This document shows, in pieces, positions 27,325 to 37,801 of a stretch of DNA of 64,000 bases. The stretch comes from Campylobacterales bacterium (GTDB taxonomy: Bacteria > Campylobacterota > Campylobacteria > Campylobacterales > Sulfurimonadaceae). The stretch covers positions 34,978-98,977 of the forward strand of contig JAPLGO010000001.1 of NCBI GenBank assembly GCA_026390115.1, given 5' to 3'. Below the pieces are notes generated by a model that was not told the origin of the DNA, did not search any database, and was given only the letters and a program-made list of their open reading frames with translations. The translations under genes were made by a program, and so were the position numbers. The number at the start of each line of letters is the position of its first letter. Positions within the stretch are counted from its first letter, which is position 1.

Positions 27325-28395
27325 ATGAAAAATACAAAAAAAGTGGCTTTGTGCCTTAGTGCATTTGCGTTATTCAGTACCGGTTCGTTGTTCGGTGATG
27401 ACACGAATGCAACAAAAGTTAAAGAAAATATTGTAACAATTGAACTTCCAAAAGTTCCGGATGTACCAAAAGTAGAAGCAACTGTTCCAAACGTCAAGGT
27501 AGTAGAAAATGGAAATATGAAACCGGATGAAACTCTGCAAGAAATTCTTACTCCTAAAAAAGTTATATTTAGCGACCATGTCGCACCTTCGTATTATCCT
27601 GTGAAAAAAGAAATAAATACTACAAAAGTCGAAGTTGGCGATATTGACAATGGCAGAGTAGCAGCTTATTTGCACTCCCCTCTGCTTAGTGTTGAGCAAG
27701 TAAAATCAAACTTAGAAAAAGCAGGATTTACTGTTTTGGCTGAGTACAAACTTGATGATAAGAGTGAAGTAGTATCGATAGTATTTAGTGACAAAAGGAT
27801 GGAAGAAGCGGCAGCTAAAAAAAGCAGAGGTTTTGCCAGCACTTTGAGAGTGCTGATTGACACACAAAACAAAATAGTCAATATCTCAAATCCAATCTAT
27901 GTTATGGGAGCTTTTTTGCAAGAGGAGTATAACTCTAACATTGCCCAAGATGCACTCAATCGCATAAGAGAGAACTTTGAAGGGCTTAAAAATTCAGAAG
28001 ATATTGTCAAATTTTCTGTTTTAGAGCACTTTCAATTTATGGAAAATATGCCTTTTTATAAGGATATGCAGGTTGTGGCTACCGGAACAAACGATGAGTT
28101 GCTTGCTAAAGCCAAAGCCTCTAATAAGATTGTTTATGAGCAACATCTAGGCAACGGCACCATCGTTTTAGGTGTTGAACTCGAAAAAAGAACAAGCAAA
28201 TTTGTTAAAAAAATAGGGTACTTAAATGGCGGTCTGCTTCCTTACCCTGTTACTATAGAAAATGGGGAGGCTAAAATTCTTGAACCAAGATTTTACATTT
28301 CAGTCATGTACCCTATGATAAAAATGTCCGAGTTTATGACAATCGCAACCGTTCCAGGAGCAATAACGGCAGATTGTGACAAACTTTTCCGTTAA
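27325..28395 (+). CDS. Exported hypothetical protein
   Basis: Signal peptide MKNTKKVALCLSAFALFSTGSLFG; Pro/Val-rich linker; no family recognised. Confidence 0.75.
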   Translation: MKNTKKVALCLSAFALFSTGSLFGDDTNATKVKENIVTIELPKVPDVPKVEATVPNVKVVENGNMKPDETLQEILTPKKVIFSDHVAPSYYPVKKEINTTKVEVGDIDNGRVAAYLHSPLLSVEQVKSNLEKAGFTVLAEYKLDDKSEVVSIVFSDKRMEEAAAKKSRGFASTLRVLIDTQNKIVNISNPIYVMGAFLQEEYNSNIAQDALNRIRENFEGLKNSEDIVKFSVLEHFQFMENMPFYKDMQVVATGTNDELLAKAKASNKIVYEQHLGNGTIVLGVELEKRTSKFVKKIGYLNGGLLPYPVTIENGEAKILEPRFYISVMYPMIKMSEFMTIATVPGAITADCDKLFR

Positions 28396-28402
28396 TGTTA
28401 CA

Positions 28403-28430
28403 CACTCAAACGAACGCGTCCGTTTGAGTG
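28403..28430. terminator. Hairpin between convergent genes (terminator or REP-like)
   Basis: CACTCAAACG-N8-CGTTTGAGTG, perfect 10-bp stem. Confidence 0.55.
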
Positions 28431-28556
28431 GCTGCTGCTAAAGTCCCTACAACTACGAAAACAAGCGAAGCACTTTTCGCAAAGCGAAAATGTTTCTTTA
28501 GTAAAATGAATTTTTCGATATTTACATAGTGTTGCACTTTTTCATAATGATGCAAG

Positions 28557-29480
28557 TTACTCTTTATGGCGCTTTAGAAGTTCTCCATACATCTTTTGCA
28601 TGAAAGGGACTTCGACAAATTCTCTCTTTGCCTCTTTCACAATATATCCGCTCAAAGTTTTTAGCTCATCCCTTCTTCTGTTTTGAAAATCAAGGTGCAT
28701 AGAGGTAGATGAATCATAGGGCAGGTTTTTAGCAATTTCTAAAGATTTCTCAACCTCATCATAAATATTTACACCCTTGGCATGTGCCACTTCCGCTATC
28801 TCTTGCAAAAGTGTTTTAACCTCTTCATAGTGGTGCTCGTAAACATAACCTATTGTATTGTCATAAAAAGCCGTAGCAGTGGCAAAAGCGGAGATAAATA
28901 TATACTTCTTCCAGATAGCAGTTTTACTATCCTCTTCAACTTTAGCACGAAGAGAAGCCTCGTCGCAAACCGCTTTTAAAATTTTTGATTCCTCTTGCAA
29001 TCCCCCAAAAATAAGGGCAAAAACCTTCCCTTTTTTTCTTATGACCCCAGCTTCTTGCACATGTGAGAGTATATATACACAGGCATCTAAAACCTTGCAT
29101 TCACTCAGAACCCGTAACTCATCCCCATGCTCCACACCGTTTGCAAGACTCAAAATAATTGTCTCTTCATCCACATGAGAGCTTATCGCCTCATAGGAGC
29201 TTTTCAAATCGTAGCTCTTTACACAAAAAAGTACAATGTCAAAATATCCTTCTGCCTCTTTTAACTCTTGTGCTTTTAATTTCACATGCGCCGTGAGCGT
29301 CAGCGAGGAAGTGCCCTCGGGGTGCCAAGAGGTATCATCCTCGATTATAGTAATTCCATCATTTTGAATTTTTCTCAGATGTTCACCTCTTGCAAACCCG
29401 ATAACCTCATGAGAAGTTTTTGCTAAATGTGCCGCAATATACCCACCTACTCCGCCAAGACCAACAACCGCTATTCTCAT
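28557..29480 (-). CDS. panE: 2-dehydropantoate 2-reductase
   Basis: MRIAVVGLGGVGG, FCVKSYD, LANGV, WKKY, SSMHLD...RRDEL; start moved to 29480. Confidence 0.85.
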   Translation of the reverse strand: MRIAVVGLGGVGGYIAAHLAKTSHEVIGFARGEHLRKIQNDGITIIEDDTSWHPEGTSSLTLTAHVKLKAQELKEAEGYFDIVLFCVKSYDLKSSYEAISSHVDEETIILSLANGVEHGDELRVLSECKVLDACVYILSHVQEAGVIRKKGKVFALIFGGLQEESKILKAVCDEASLRAKVEEDSKTAIWKKYIFISAFATATAFYDNTIGYVYEHHYEEVKTLLQEIAEVAHAKGVNIYDEVEKSLEIAKNLPYDSSTSMHLDFQNRRRDELKTLSGYIVKEAKREFVEVPFMQKMYGELLKRHKE

Positions 29481-29548
29481 CTCAATCACCCCTCTTATCT
29501 CTTGAAGTATTATATAATACATTTTATTTTTTCACAAAAGGAAAGGTT

Positions 29549-30130
29549 ATGCCGCGTATTGATGATAAAGCATTTTATGAAGCCGCTATAAAAATACATG
29601 GCATAACCGCGATGGGTCTAAACTGGCACTCTAACCTCTCTCAAGAGATTCGATTTGATGTAATTTTAGAGATGCTCCCTAATGATTTAGAAAGCTTCAC
29701 GCTCTGCGATGCAGGGTGCGGATTTGGAGATTTTTATACATTCATGGAAAAAAACTTTCAAATGTGTAAAAAATATATAGGGGTTGACGCTCTTGAATTT
29801 ATGTGCAATGTAGCAAAAGAGAAAACCGGATGTGAGATAATCCAGGCAGACATTTGCAAAGAGTCACTTCCACATGCCGACTATTATATCTGCAGCGATG
29901 CGATGAATGTGCTTAGCGAATTTGAAACGCATCTCTTTATCCGCAACTGTTTCTCGGCATGTAGCATCGGCTTTATATTTAATATTCTACACGGTGATTT
30001 CGATACAACAACGTACAACTATACAACGACACAGCAGATAGAAAATATTGCAAAAGAACTTGGTGTCAAATGTGTAACCTACTCGCAAGGGTACATGGAG
30101 AACGATATAACCGTGGGATTTTTTAAATAA
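29549..30130 (+). CDS. Class I SAM-dependent methyltransferase
   Basis: GLNWHS..SQ..RF and LCDAGCGFGDF; start moved to ATG 29549. Confidence 0.75.
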   Translation: MPRIDDKAFYEAAIKIHGITAMGLNWHSNLSQEIRFDVILEMLPNDLESFTLCDAGCGFGDFYTFMEKNFQMCKKYIGVDALEFMCNVAKEKTGCEIIQADICKESLPHADYYICSDAMNVLSEFETHLFIRNCFSACSIGFIFNILHGDFDTTTYNYTTTQQIENIAKELGVKCVTYSQGYMENDITVGFFK

Positions 30131-31929
30131 TGTGTGCTATTTTTGGAATAATCGGCGGGTATGACGAAGCAAAAGCCAAATATGCGCTCTCTCTTTTAGC
30201 CCATAGAGGGGAAGATTTTTGCGGAATTGTGCAGAAAGAAAACCTCTTTTTTGCACACCAAAGATTAAGCATACTCGACACTGGCAAGCGCTCCCACCAG
30301 CCTCTTGAACATGAAAAAATTCTGCTCTCTTTTAACGGGGAGATTTATAATTTCAAAGAGTTAAAAAAAGAGTTGGATTTTGATTTTAAAAGCGAAGGCG
30401 AGGGCGAAGTAATAATTGCCGCCTACCTAAAATGGGGAGCGGATTTTGTAAATCACCTTCGAGGGATGTTTGCAATCGCCCTGCTTGACGGTGATACTCT
30501 CTACCTTTTTCGTGATAGGCTAGGCAAAAAACCCCTCTTTTACATGCATGGCAAAAGCTTTATCTTTAGCTCTGAAATAAAAGGGCTAACTCCCTTTTTG
30601 AACAAACATGAACTCAATGACGATGCACTTATGAGCTACCTCAGTTTTCTAGCCCCGACTCCGCCGCACACCTTTTTTAAGGGGATACAAAAGTTGGCAA
30701 GCGGAGAGTATTTAAAGCTTGCAAACGGTCATGTAGAGATAAAAAGATATTTTGATCTGCTCGACTCTCAGTCAAATATCATAACAGACAAAAACGAAGC
30801 GATTCACACGCTGGAAGGTCTGCTTGAAGAGTCTATTACCATGCGACTAAATGCCGATGTGCCGATGGCATCGCTTCTCTCAGGTGGAATCGATAGTGCG
30901 ACGCTCAACTATTATGCGAAACAAAGAGGCGTCAATCTTCACACCTACACTCTGGGGTACAAAGAGTTTGCAAAATATGATGAACGACAGAATGCCTTAC
31001 AGAGTGCGGAGTTTTTGGGTTTAAACAACACACAGGTAGAGATAAATCAAGATGATTTTATCACCGCATGCGGAGCTGTTTTAGAGACGCTGGATGAGCC
31101 GCTCAACGACCCTGCCGCCATTCCGCTTTACCTGCTTTTCGGGAAGATTAAAAAAGATGGCTACAAAGTGGTTTTGAGCGGTGAAGGAAGCGATGAGCTG
31201 TTTTTAGGGTATCGACAATATTTTGAATATCTTGACATCGGAAAAGCTTCAACTTTGGCACACAAAAACTGGCTCAAAAAGTATTTCCACTCCAACTTTT
31301 CAATGAACCGCGAATGGGAGTGGTACAAACGGATTTTTGATGACACACTTTTGTTTCGCACATCGGGAGATAAATTCACAGACCTTCAAAAAAATAACCT
31401 CATGCGAAGAAATGTAAAAGACAACGAATCGCTCAAATATCTCAAACCCTACCGTGACAGATTCGAGGCTTCAGCCCACAGTGATGAGAGCATCTGGTAC
31501 AGCTACATCGACCTTAACCTCTTTCAGGGGGAGCATTTTTTGACCAAACTCGACCGAGTAAGTATGGCACATGGGATAGAATCCCGCACCCCTTTTTTAG
31601 ACCATAAACTCGCATCCGCAATCTTTACTATTGCTCCGCATCTGCGCTATGAGGATGGAGTTACAAAGTCGCTTTTAAAAGAGATTATGAGAGATAAACT
31701 GGATGATAAAATTCTGAAAAGAAAGAAAAAAGGGTTTTCCAACCCCTACATGGAGTATCTCATAAACTCCAAACAAATCGACCTCATAAAAGAGGTAAAC
31801 AAAGAGACGGGAATGTTCAAAACAAAAGAGCTGGACGAGTACATCGCAACCGCTTCAAAAGGGAGCTTCAAGCAGCATGTCTGGGGGCTTTATGTTCTGA
31901 GTGTTTGGATGAAGAAGTGGATGCTATAG
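30130..31929 (+). CDS. asnB: Asparagine synthase (glutamine-hydrolysing) family amidotransferase
   Basis: N-terminal MCAIFG, RLSILD, NGEIYN, LSGGIDS, SGEGSDELFLGY, ESRTPFLD. Confidence 0.9.
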   Translation: MCAIFGIIGGYDEAKAKYALSLLAHRGEDFCGIVQKENLFFAHQRLSILDTGKRSHQPLEHEKILLSFNGEIYNFKELKKELDFDFKSEGEGEVIIAAYLKWGADFVNHLRGMFAIALLDGDTLYLFRDRLGKKPLFYMHGKSFIFSSEIKGLTPFLNKHELNDDALMSYLSFLAPTPPHTFFKGIQKLASGEYLKLANGHVEIKRYFDLLDSQSNIITDKNEAIHTLEGLLEESITMRLNADVPMASLLSGGIDSATLNYYAKQRGVNLHTYTLGYKEFAKYDERQNALQSAEFLGLNNTQVEINQDDFITACGAVLETLDEPLNDPAAIPLYLLFGKIKKDGYKVVLSGEGSDELFLGYRQYFEYLDIGKASTLAHKNWLKKYFHSNFSMNREWEWYKRIFDDTLLFRTSGDKFTDLQKNNLMRRNVKDNESLKYLKPYRDRFEASAHSDESIWYSYIDLNLFQGEHFLTKLDRVSMAHGIESRTPFLDHKLASAIFTIAPHLRYEDGVTKSLLKEIMRDKLDDKILKRKKKGFSNPYMEYLINSKQIDLIKEVNKETGMFKTKELDEYIATASKGSFKQHVWGLYVLSVWMKKWML

Positions 31930-31972
31930 ACTTCATGATTTTTATCTAAAAGTAATATAAGGAATACACCTA

Positions 31973-32551
31973 ATGAATAAAACAGCGAGCGATTCAAAAA
32001 CACTCTTAGCACTCAATAAGCCTAAGGGTTATGTGGTCACACGATCTGATGAACTTGGGCGAAAAACAGTTTATGATCTTTTGCCCGATTGGGTTTTTCA
32101 TGACGGATGGATGCCAATCGGACGCCTTGATTTAGAATCTAAGGGGCTTCTGTTATTCACAACAAACGGTAAAATCGGCGACGCGTTGACCAAACCAGGG
32201 AATTGCATGAAGGTATATGAGATCTGGGTCAGAGGCCACGTAACAGACGAACATATTGCAGAGGCTTTAAAAGGTGTAGAAAGTCCGCAGGGTCTACTAA
32301 AAGCTCTTGAAGTTGAAAAAATAAGCACTGGTGGTGCGAAAACAAAACTCAGAGTAATCATTGACGAGGGCAAGAATCGGCATATCCGCCGACTTTTTGG
32401 GGCGCTGAGGGACCCAAAATTCGGGACGCCATTAAAGGTCTTAGAGTTGAGCCGAATCAGCATTGGCAGTTTTAAACTCAACATAGAAATCGGTCAGTGG
32501 CGTTACCTTTCATTGGAAGAAGAGAGAATGCTAATCAAAAATTTTAATTAA
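31973..32551 (+). CDS. RsuA/RluE-family pseudouridine synthase (no S4 domain)
   Basis: NKPKGYV, IGRLDLESKGLLLFT, EGKNRHIRR. Confidence 0.85.
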   Translation: MNKTASDSKTLLALNKPKGYVVTRSDELGRKTVYDLLPDWVFHDGWMPIGRLDLESKGLLLFTTNGKIGDALTKPGNCMKVYEIWVRGHVTDEHIAEALKGVESPQGLLKALEVEKISTGGAKTKLRVIIDEGKNRHIRRLFGALRDPKFGTPLKVLELSRISIGSFKLNIEIGQWRYLSLEEERMLIKNFN

Positions 32552-32631
32552 CACGAAGAGCTATCTTTAATAATTGCACTTGTGCATAAATAACTGCAAG
32601 TTAATATGTTTCAGAAAAATAATTTCGTAAA

Positions 32632-33336
32632 CTAAAGAAAACACCCTATGCCGTAAGGCTTTTTTGAATAGAAAAGTTTGGCATGCGCAACGATGAGTGC
32701 ATGAAACTCCTGATAGCAAATCAGCAGTTCATCTCTATCTTTCAGCTCTTTTTCTATCTCACTCTCCATAAATTTTTTTATTACGAGATAACTTGCTTTT
32801 TCATCTATCAGCCCCGCATGTAAAAGCAATCTTTTTGTGTAGGCATCGACCACAAACTCAGGCTGTTTGTACGCATAAAGAAGAATTGAATCGGCACTCT
32901 CGGGACCTATTCCTTTTACGGCCAAGAGTTCCTCCCGCGTTGGAACTCCGCCCTCTAATCTCTCAAAAAATTTTATAAATGCCAAAATATAGTTTGCTTT
33001 TTGGTTGAAATATCCTGAGGGTTTTATTGCACTTTTGAGCATATCAAGAGGCATTTTTTTGATTGCTTTGTAGTCTAGGCAATTCATAGTGCTGAGACTG
33101 TTCAATGATTTTACGACGGAGGTAAATGTGGTGTTTTGGGTCAGAATCACACCCAAGCAAATCTCAAAAATTTGATTCTCATTCTTTGGAAAAATATAGT
33201 CATCAGAATGGTAACCGCCATCCGTAAAAGGCCACCACCCTTGCGCTCCGTATTTTTCATGGAGTACTTTGTAAATTTTCATCACCCTATTCATTTGTTT
33301 TTCCCACAGTTTAACCTTTACCTGCTCTATTCTCAA
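32632..33336 (-). CDS. Endonuclease III-related HhH-GPD protein
   Basis: QGWWP, ILTQNT, LLAVKGIGPESADSILLYA, VVDAYTKR, EFHALIV; exact start uncertain. Confidence 0.8.
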   Translation of the reverse strand: MRIEQVKVKLWEKQMNRVMKIYKVLHEKYGAQGWWPFTDGGYHSDDYIFPKNENQIFEICLGVILTQNTTFTSVVKSLNSLSTMNCLDYKAIKKMPLDMLKSAIKPSGYFNQKANYILAFIKFFERLEGGVPTREELLAVKGIGPESADSILLYAYKQPEFVVDAYTKRLLLHAGLIDEKASYLVIKKFMESEIEKELKDRDELLICYQEFHALIVAHAKLFYSKKPYGIGCFL

Positions 33337-33403
33337 ACTCTATTTAATATGCTAGAATCCTACTCTTAAAAATATGAAAAATTGATTACAAAAGACAAAG
33401 GGT

Positions 33404-34273
33404 TTGATGAAAACTTCTACCTACTCCTATCTCTTAATTCTTGCGATGCTATTATGGGCGGGAGGCTGGAGTGCTTTAAAAATTTTAACGAATGACCTGA
33501 GCGTAGATGTAATTGTATTTTGGCGATTTTTTATTATGAGCCTCTCCTTTTTACCAATCCTCTATTTTTTAAAAATACCTCTGGTTCTGGGAAAATCAAA
33601 TCTAAAGTATGTGGTTGGAAGCTCTCTATTAAACATCGCTTTTATGTTCTTCTCCTTTGTCGGAATCAAACATGGATTCGCCGGAGGGGGAAGCGTCATT
33701 ATCACTATGCTTAGTCCTGTTATGACATTTCTGCTTGTTGCACTTGTCTTTAGAAAGAGGCTCGCGAATATTCAATATTTTGGTTTAGCCATCGGCATGT
33801 TTGGCGGAGTGATTATGCTTCAGCTGAGCGACATGAGTCTTTTTTTAAACAGTTCTAATATCTACTTTCTGCTTTGCGCACTCGTTTGGGCGGGACTTAC
33901 CCTGCTCTCGCAACACTCACAAAAACATATTCATCCAATCCATTTTAGCTTTTTAATCTCTGTCTTTGCTTCATTTGTCACATTCTTCTATGCTTTCAAT
34001 TCAGATTTGCTCAGCGTTTTCAATCAAGGTGCAAAATTTTGGGTTGCTTTGATTTACCTGGCAGTATTGGGTCAAAGCGTGGCAACAACCATTTTTTTCA
34101 TGGCATCAGGCAAGTTGGGAAGCGAAAAAACAAGCTCCTATATGTTTTTAGTCCCTGTTTTTGCTCTTTTTATCGCTTGGCTTATTCTGGATGAACCGCT
34201 GCAACTTCACATAGTTGTTGGCGGAGCGATAAGCATGATTGCGGTTTTTTTTATCAACAAAAAAATAATTTAA
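33404..34273 (+). CDS. DMT/EamA-family transporter
   Basis: About ten hydrophobic segments in two EamA repeats. Confidence 0.85.
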   Translation: MMKTSTYSYLLILAMLLWAGGWSALKILTNDLSVDVIVFWRFFIMSLSFLPILYFLKIPLVLGKSNLKYVVGSSLLNIAFMFFSFVGIKHGFAGGGSVIITMLSPVMTFLLVALVFRKRLANIQYFGLAIGMFGGVIMLQLSDMSLFLNSSNIYFLLCALVWAGLTLLSQHSQKHIHPIHFSFLISVFASFVTFFYAFNSDLLSVFNQGAKFWVALIYLAVLGQSVATTIFFMASGKLGSEKTSSYMFLVPVFALFIAWLILDEPLQLHIVVGGAISMIAVFFINKKII

Positions 34274-34361
34274 TCACACTACTTATGTTTTAAAATTCTT
34301 TAACTATTATTAGCTATAATACGATATATAAATAAATTATATATTACTTAAGGTAACTCTT

Positions 34362-35546
34362 ATGAAAAAAATTCTGATTCTAGGCGGTGGTTTTGCAGGG
34401 ATTGATGCTGCAATTCATTTTACAAAATTAAACTATGCCGTAACACTGGTGAGCGACAGAGAGTATTTTTATATCTATCCCACCTCTATTTGGATTCCTA
34501 CACGAGAGAATGAATTTAGCGATGTCTGCCTCAATTTGAATGAACTTCAAGAGGCGCACGGTTTCGAACTTATAGTAGATGCGGTCGAAAAAATCAGTGC
34601 GAAAGAGAGTTCTGTTACGCTTAAAAGTGGAAAAGTTTTAAATGAGTATGATTATCTTATAATCGCCATGGGTGCGTCAAAAATGAAACATTCAGGAATT
34701 GAAAACACGCTCTCCATTTGTGGTGCACCTGAGCAATCACTTCTTATCAGAGACAGGATTGATGCCCTGATAACAAAAGGAAGCGGTAAAATCTGCTTTG
34801 GTTTTGGCGGAAATCCTAATGATAGCTCGGCCGTTCGAGGCGGTCCAGGATTTGAGCTGCTTTTTAATGTCCACAGCCTTCTCAAGAAAAAAGGTATCAG
34901 ACACAATTTCGAGCTGACATTTTTTGCACCGATGGCTGAACCTGGGAAGAGAATGGGACCACAAGCTTTGAAAATGATGGATAGTTATTTTTCACGTCTC
35001 AATATAAAATCTCACTATGGCAAAAAGATTAATAATTTTGAAGTTGATGCGATTATTTTTGAGGATGACACAAAACTTGCATCTAACTTCACTATGTTTA
35101 TTCCTGCCGGAGACGGACATGAAGTGATTAAGAATTCCGATTTACCGACGAATGCAGCAGGATTTGTAAAAATAGATGATTTTTGTAATGTGGTATTTGA
35201 AGACTCCGAGCTGCCTACAAATATCTACGTTATCGGCGATACAGCTGCACTCGAAGGGTATGAGTGGAGAGCAAAACAGGGGCATATAGCCGAAGTCATG
35301 GCAAAAATAACGGCGCACAATATAGAGGAAAGAGAGAACAACCGCTCAGATTTTCATGGGTATCAGAAGCATCTCAATATTTTATGCGTTATGGATAGCG
35401 GCGACGGGGCTGCCTTTGTTTACAGAGACAACAAAAGGGCTTTCATGCTTCCTCTTCCGATTATCGGGCATTGGCTTAAAAAGGGTTGGGGCATTTACTG
35501 CAGATACTCAAAACTGGGGAAAATTCCTAGAATTCCCGGAATGTAA
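34362..35546 (+). CDS. Sulfide:quinone oxidoreductase-like flavoprotein
   Basis: GGGFAG, IIAMGA, SICG, GGPGFE, VIGD, LCVMDSGDGAAF; amphipathic C-terminus. Confidence 0.7.
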   Translation: MKKILILGGGFAGIDAAIHFTKLNYAVTLVSDREYFYIYPTSIWIPTRENEFSDVCLNLNELQEAHGFELIVDAVEKISAKESSVTLKSGKVLNEYDYLIIAMGASKMKHSGIENTLSICGAPEQSLLIRDRIDALITKGSGKICFGFGGNPNDSSAVRGGPGFELLFNVHSLLKKKGIRHNFELTFFAPMAEPGKRMGPQALKMMDSYFSRLNIKSHYGKKINNFEVDAIIFEDDTKLASNFTMFIPAGDGHEVIKNSDLPTNAAGFVKIDDFCNVVFEDSELPTNIYVIGDTAALEGYEWRAKQGHIAEVMAKITAHNIEERENNRSDFHGYQKHLNILCVMDSGDGAAFVYRDNKRAFMLPLPIIGHWLKKGWGIYCRYSKLGKIPRIPGM

Positions 35547-35591
35547 AGTAAAAAAATTACCTTTTAAGTAATGCTAAAATAGAATACGCTT

Positions 35592-35903
35592 ATGAAAAAT
35601 ATTTTAATGAATTTATTGACAATCATGGTTCTCAGCACATTGGGAATGTCGGATGTAAGTCACAAAAATAAATCTATAGTAAATGAGCGAGCCAAAGAGT
35701 TCGTGGCTTCAAACATGTATATTCTTAAAAAAGAGATTGCCATGGGTCATGGCGAGTCGATTGATACTCTGGCTGAACTTTTAAATATTAAAAATGTAGC
35801 TCTTTTTTCTGCCTCTCTTCAAGCAAACTATAACAGAATATATATGACTCAAAATGGAACAATTGCTGATGTATTTAATAGCATCTCTGCTGCTAGCATG
35901 TAA
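35592..35903 (+). CDS. DUF3015-like exported protein
   Basis: Signal peptide; EIAMGHGESIDTLAELL motif; directly upstream of a DUF4105-like gene. Confidence 0.55.
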   Translation: MKNILMNLLTIMVLSTLGMSDVSHKNKSIVNERAKEFVASNMYILKKEIAMGHGESIDTLAELLNIKNVALFSASLQANYNRIYMTQNGTIADVFNSISAASM

Positions 35904-35974
35904 GCAATCATAGAATCAACCTGTTTTTTCGTTTAGTTTAACCTCTTTTTTTACACTATATTCAGGAACGCACC

Positions 35975-37801
35975 ATCATACTCAGACTCCTCTTTATCAC
36001 TCTTTTTTGCATTACCTCTTTATACGCCTCACTCGCAGAGTATAAGAGCAGAGCCAATGAACTCAAACTCTCAGAGGAGAGATACTGGAACTTACTTCTT
36101 CACATGGTGAATGGAGAAAGCGAAATTGACGATGTCCAATTCTTCTTCGCATCGGACGGAAAAACGAATGCAAAGAGTGAACTTGATGCAACACTGGATG
36201 CTCTCTTTCAAGAAAAAAGCTTTGATGACAACTCAAGTGCCTGTAAATTTCCGGCAAGAAAAGCTTGGCTCAAAGAGAAGCTCAATATTAATGATTTTGC
36301 AAAAGTCACCTGCAAAAAATATGACGATACTTTAAAAAAATTGAATCCAAAGTCTGCGACGCTTGTCTATCCCTCAGCGCACATAAGTTCACCTACCTCC
36401 ATGTTTGGGCATACGCTCATACGGATAAATTCAGGCTACAACTCCCGACTTCTCTCGTACGCCGTAAACTATGCGGCTGAAGTTGAGTCAAAGAAAACAA
36501 GTATGTTTATGTATGCTACAAAAGGTCTGACAGGCGGTTTTTCCGGGAGTTATTCACTTCTTCCCTATTATGAAAAATTAAAAGAGTACAGAGACACAGA
36601 ACAGAGAGATATATGGGAGTATGATTTAAACTTAAGCGAAGAAGAGGTTCTAAGAATGTTTATGCATATCTGGGAGCTCAAAAATACAAAATCCGACTAC
36701 TATTTTTTTACTGAAAACTGCTCCTACAATATGCTATGGTTTTTGGAGATTGCAAGACCATCCATACACCTCAGAGAGCACTTCGGCTACGACATTATTC
36801 CACTTGAAACCGTACATGCAGCCAAAGAGGAGAATATTGTAGAAAGTGTTAATTACAGAGCCTCAAAAAGGTCAATTCTTTTAAAGTATGAAGAGCTGCT
36901 AAGTGATGAAAATATGCACCTGCCACGAAATCTTGTAGAGTCAAAAATTGAGCTGAACACTGTTGTAGATAATAAAAATATTGATAAACAACAAAAGAGA
37001 TATATTTTAGAGGCTGCTCTTGAATTTTTAGAGTACTCCTTTGCCAAGCACTATATAAGCGAAGAGAAGTATCTATCCCTTTTTCATAATATGACAAAAG
37101 CAAGAGCCGCACTTGGAAGCGGAGAAAAGCTCAATGTCGAAGTACCGCAAGACCCTCTGGACAGCCATCGGGCTCTAAGGGTATCTGCAGGTGCAGGATA
37201 CAGAGATAATAAGCCGATTGGTTTTTTGGGTATCCGTCCGGCGCATCATGATTTGGAAGATAGCAACTACGGCTTTTTACGGGGTTCTCAAATAGAGTTT
37301 TTAAATCTTCAGCTTTCATACGCAGAAAATAATGTAAGTGTAGAAGAAGCAACTATTCTTTCTGCAGCATCACTCAATCAAAGGTCTGAATTTTTTGATA
37401 ACTTTTCATGGAGAGCTAAGACTGGTTGGGACAGAGACTACATGGGTGAAAAAGCAAACTTCATCTCTACTGTGGGAGCCGGATACAGCTGGGGAAATAA
37501 GCTTGCTTACATCTATCTGATGGCAGACCCGCTCTTTTACAGCACAGAAAAGATAGTTACTGCCATCGGAGGCAGTCTAGGTCTAGTTATAGACAAATTT
37601 TCATACATGAATACAAATTTAGAGCTGACAAGAAGATGGTACGATACCAGAGAAGAACAATGGTTGGCAGAAGCATCACAAAATTTTAGAGTATCACAAA
37701 ATCTGCAGTTGAAATTTAAGTATGATTATGGCGAAAAGCAGTATTTAGAAATAAAAGAGAAGAGAGAGACTTTAAGAGCAGTACTTAATTACTACTTTTA
37801 A
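35975..37801 (+). CDS. DUF4105 (Lnb N-terminal-like) protein with C-terminal beta-barrel
   Basis: CKFPARK, SMFGHTLIRI, QRDIWEYDL, YYFFTENCSYN, terminal YYF. The frame is open upstream of ATG 36104 and encodes a signal peptide; start uncertain. Confidence 0.7.
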   Translation: MILRLLFITLFCITSLYASLAEYKSRANELKLSEERYWNLLLHMVNGESEIDDVQFFFASDGKTNAKSELDATLDALFQEKSFDDNSSACKFPARKAWLKEKLNINDFAKVTCKKYDDTLKKLNPKSATLVYPSAHISSPTSMFGHTLIRINSGYNSRLLSYAVNYAAEVESKKTSMFMYATKGLTGGFSGSYSLLPYYEKLKEYRDTEQRDIWEYDLNLSEEEVLRMFMHIWELKNTKSDYYFFTENCSYNMLWFLEIARPSIHLREHFGYDIIPLETVHAAKEENIVESVNYRASKRSILLKYEELLSDENMHLPRNLVESKIELNTVVDNKNIDKQQKRYILEAALEFLEYSFAKHYISEEKYLSLFHNMTKARAALGSGEKLNVEVPQDPLDSHRALRVSAGAGYRDNKPIGFLGIRPAHHDLEDSNYGFLRGSQIEFLNLQLSYAENNVSVEEATILSAASLNQRSEFFDNFSWRAKTGWDRDYMGEKANFISTVGAGYSWGNKLAYIYLMADPLFYSTEKIVTAIGGSLGLVIDKFSYMNTNLELTRRWYDTREEQWLAEASQNFRVSQNLQLKFKYDYGEKQYLEIKEKRETLRAVLNYYF

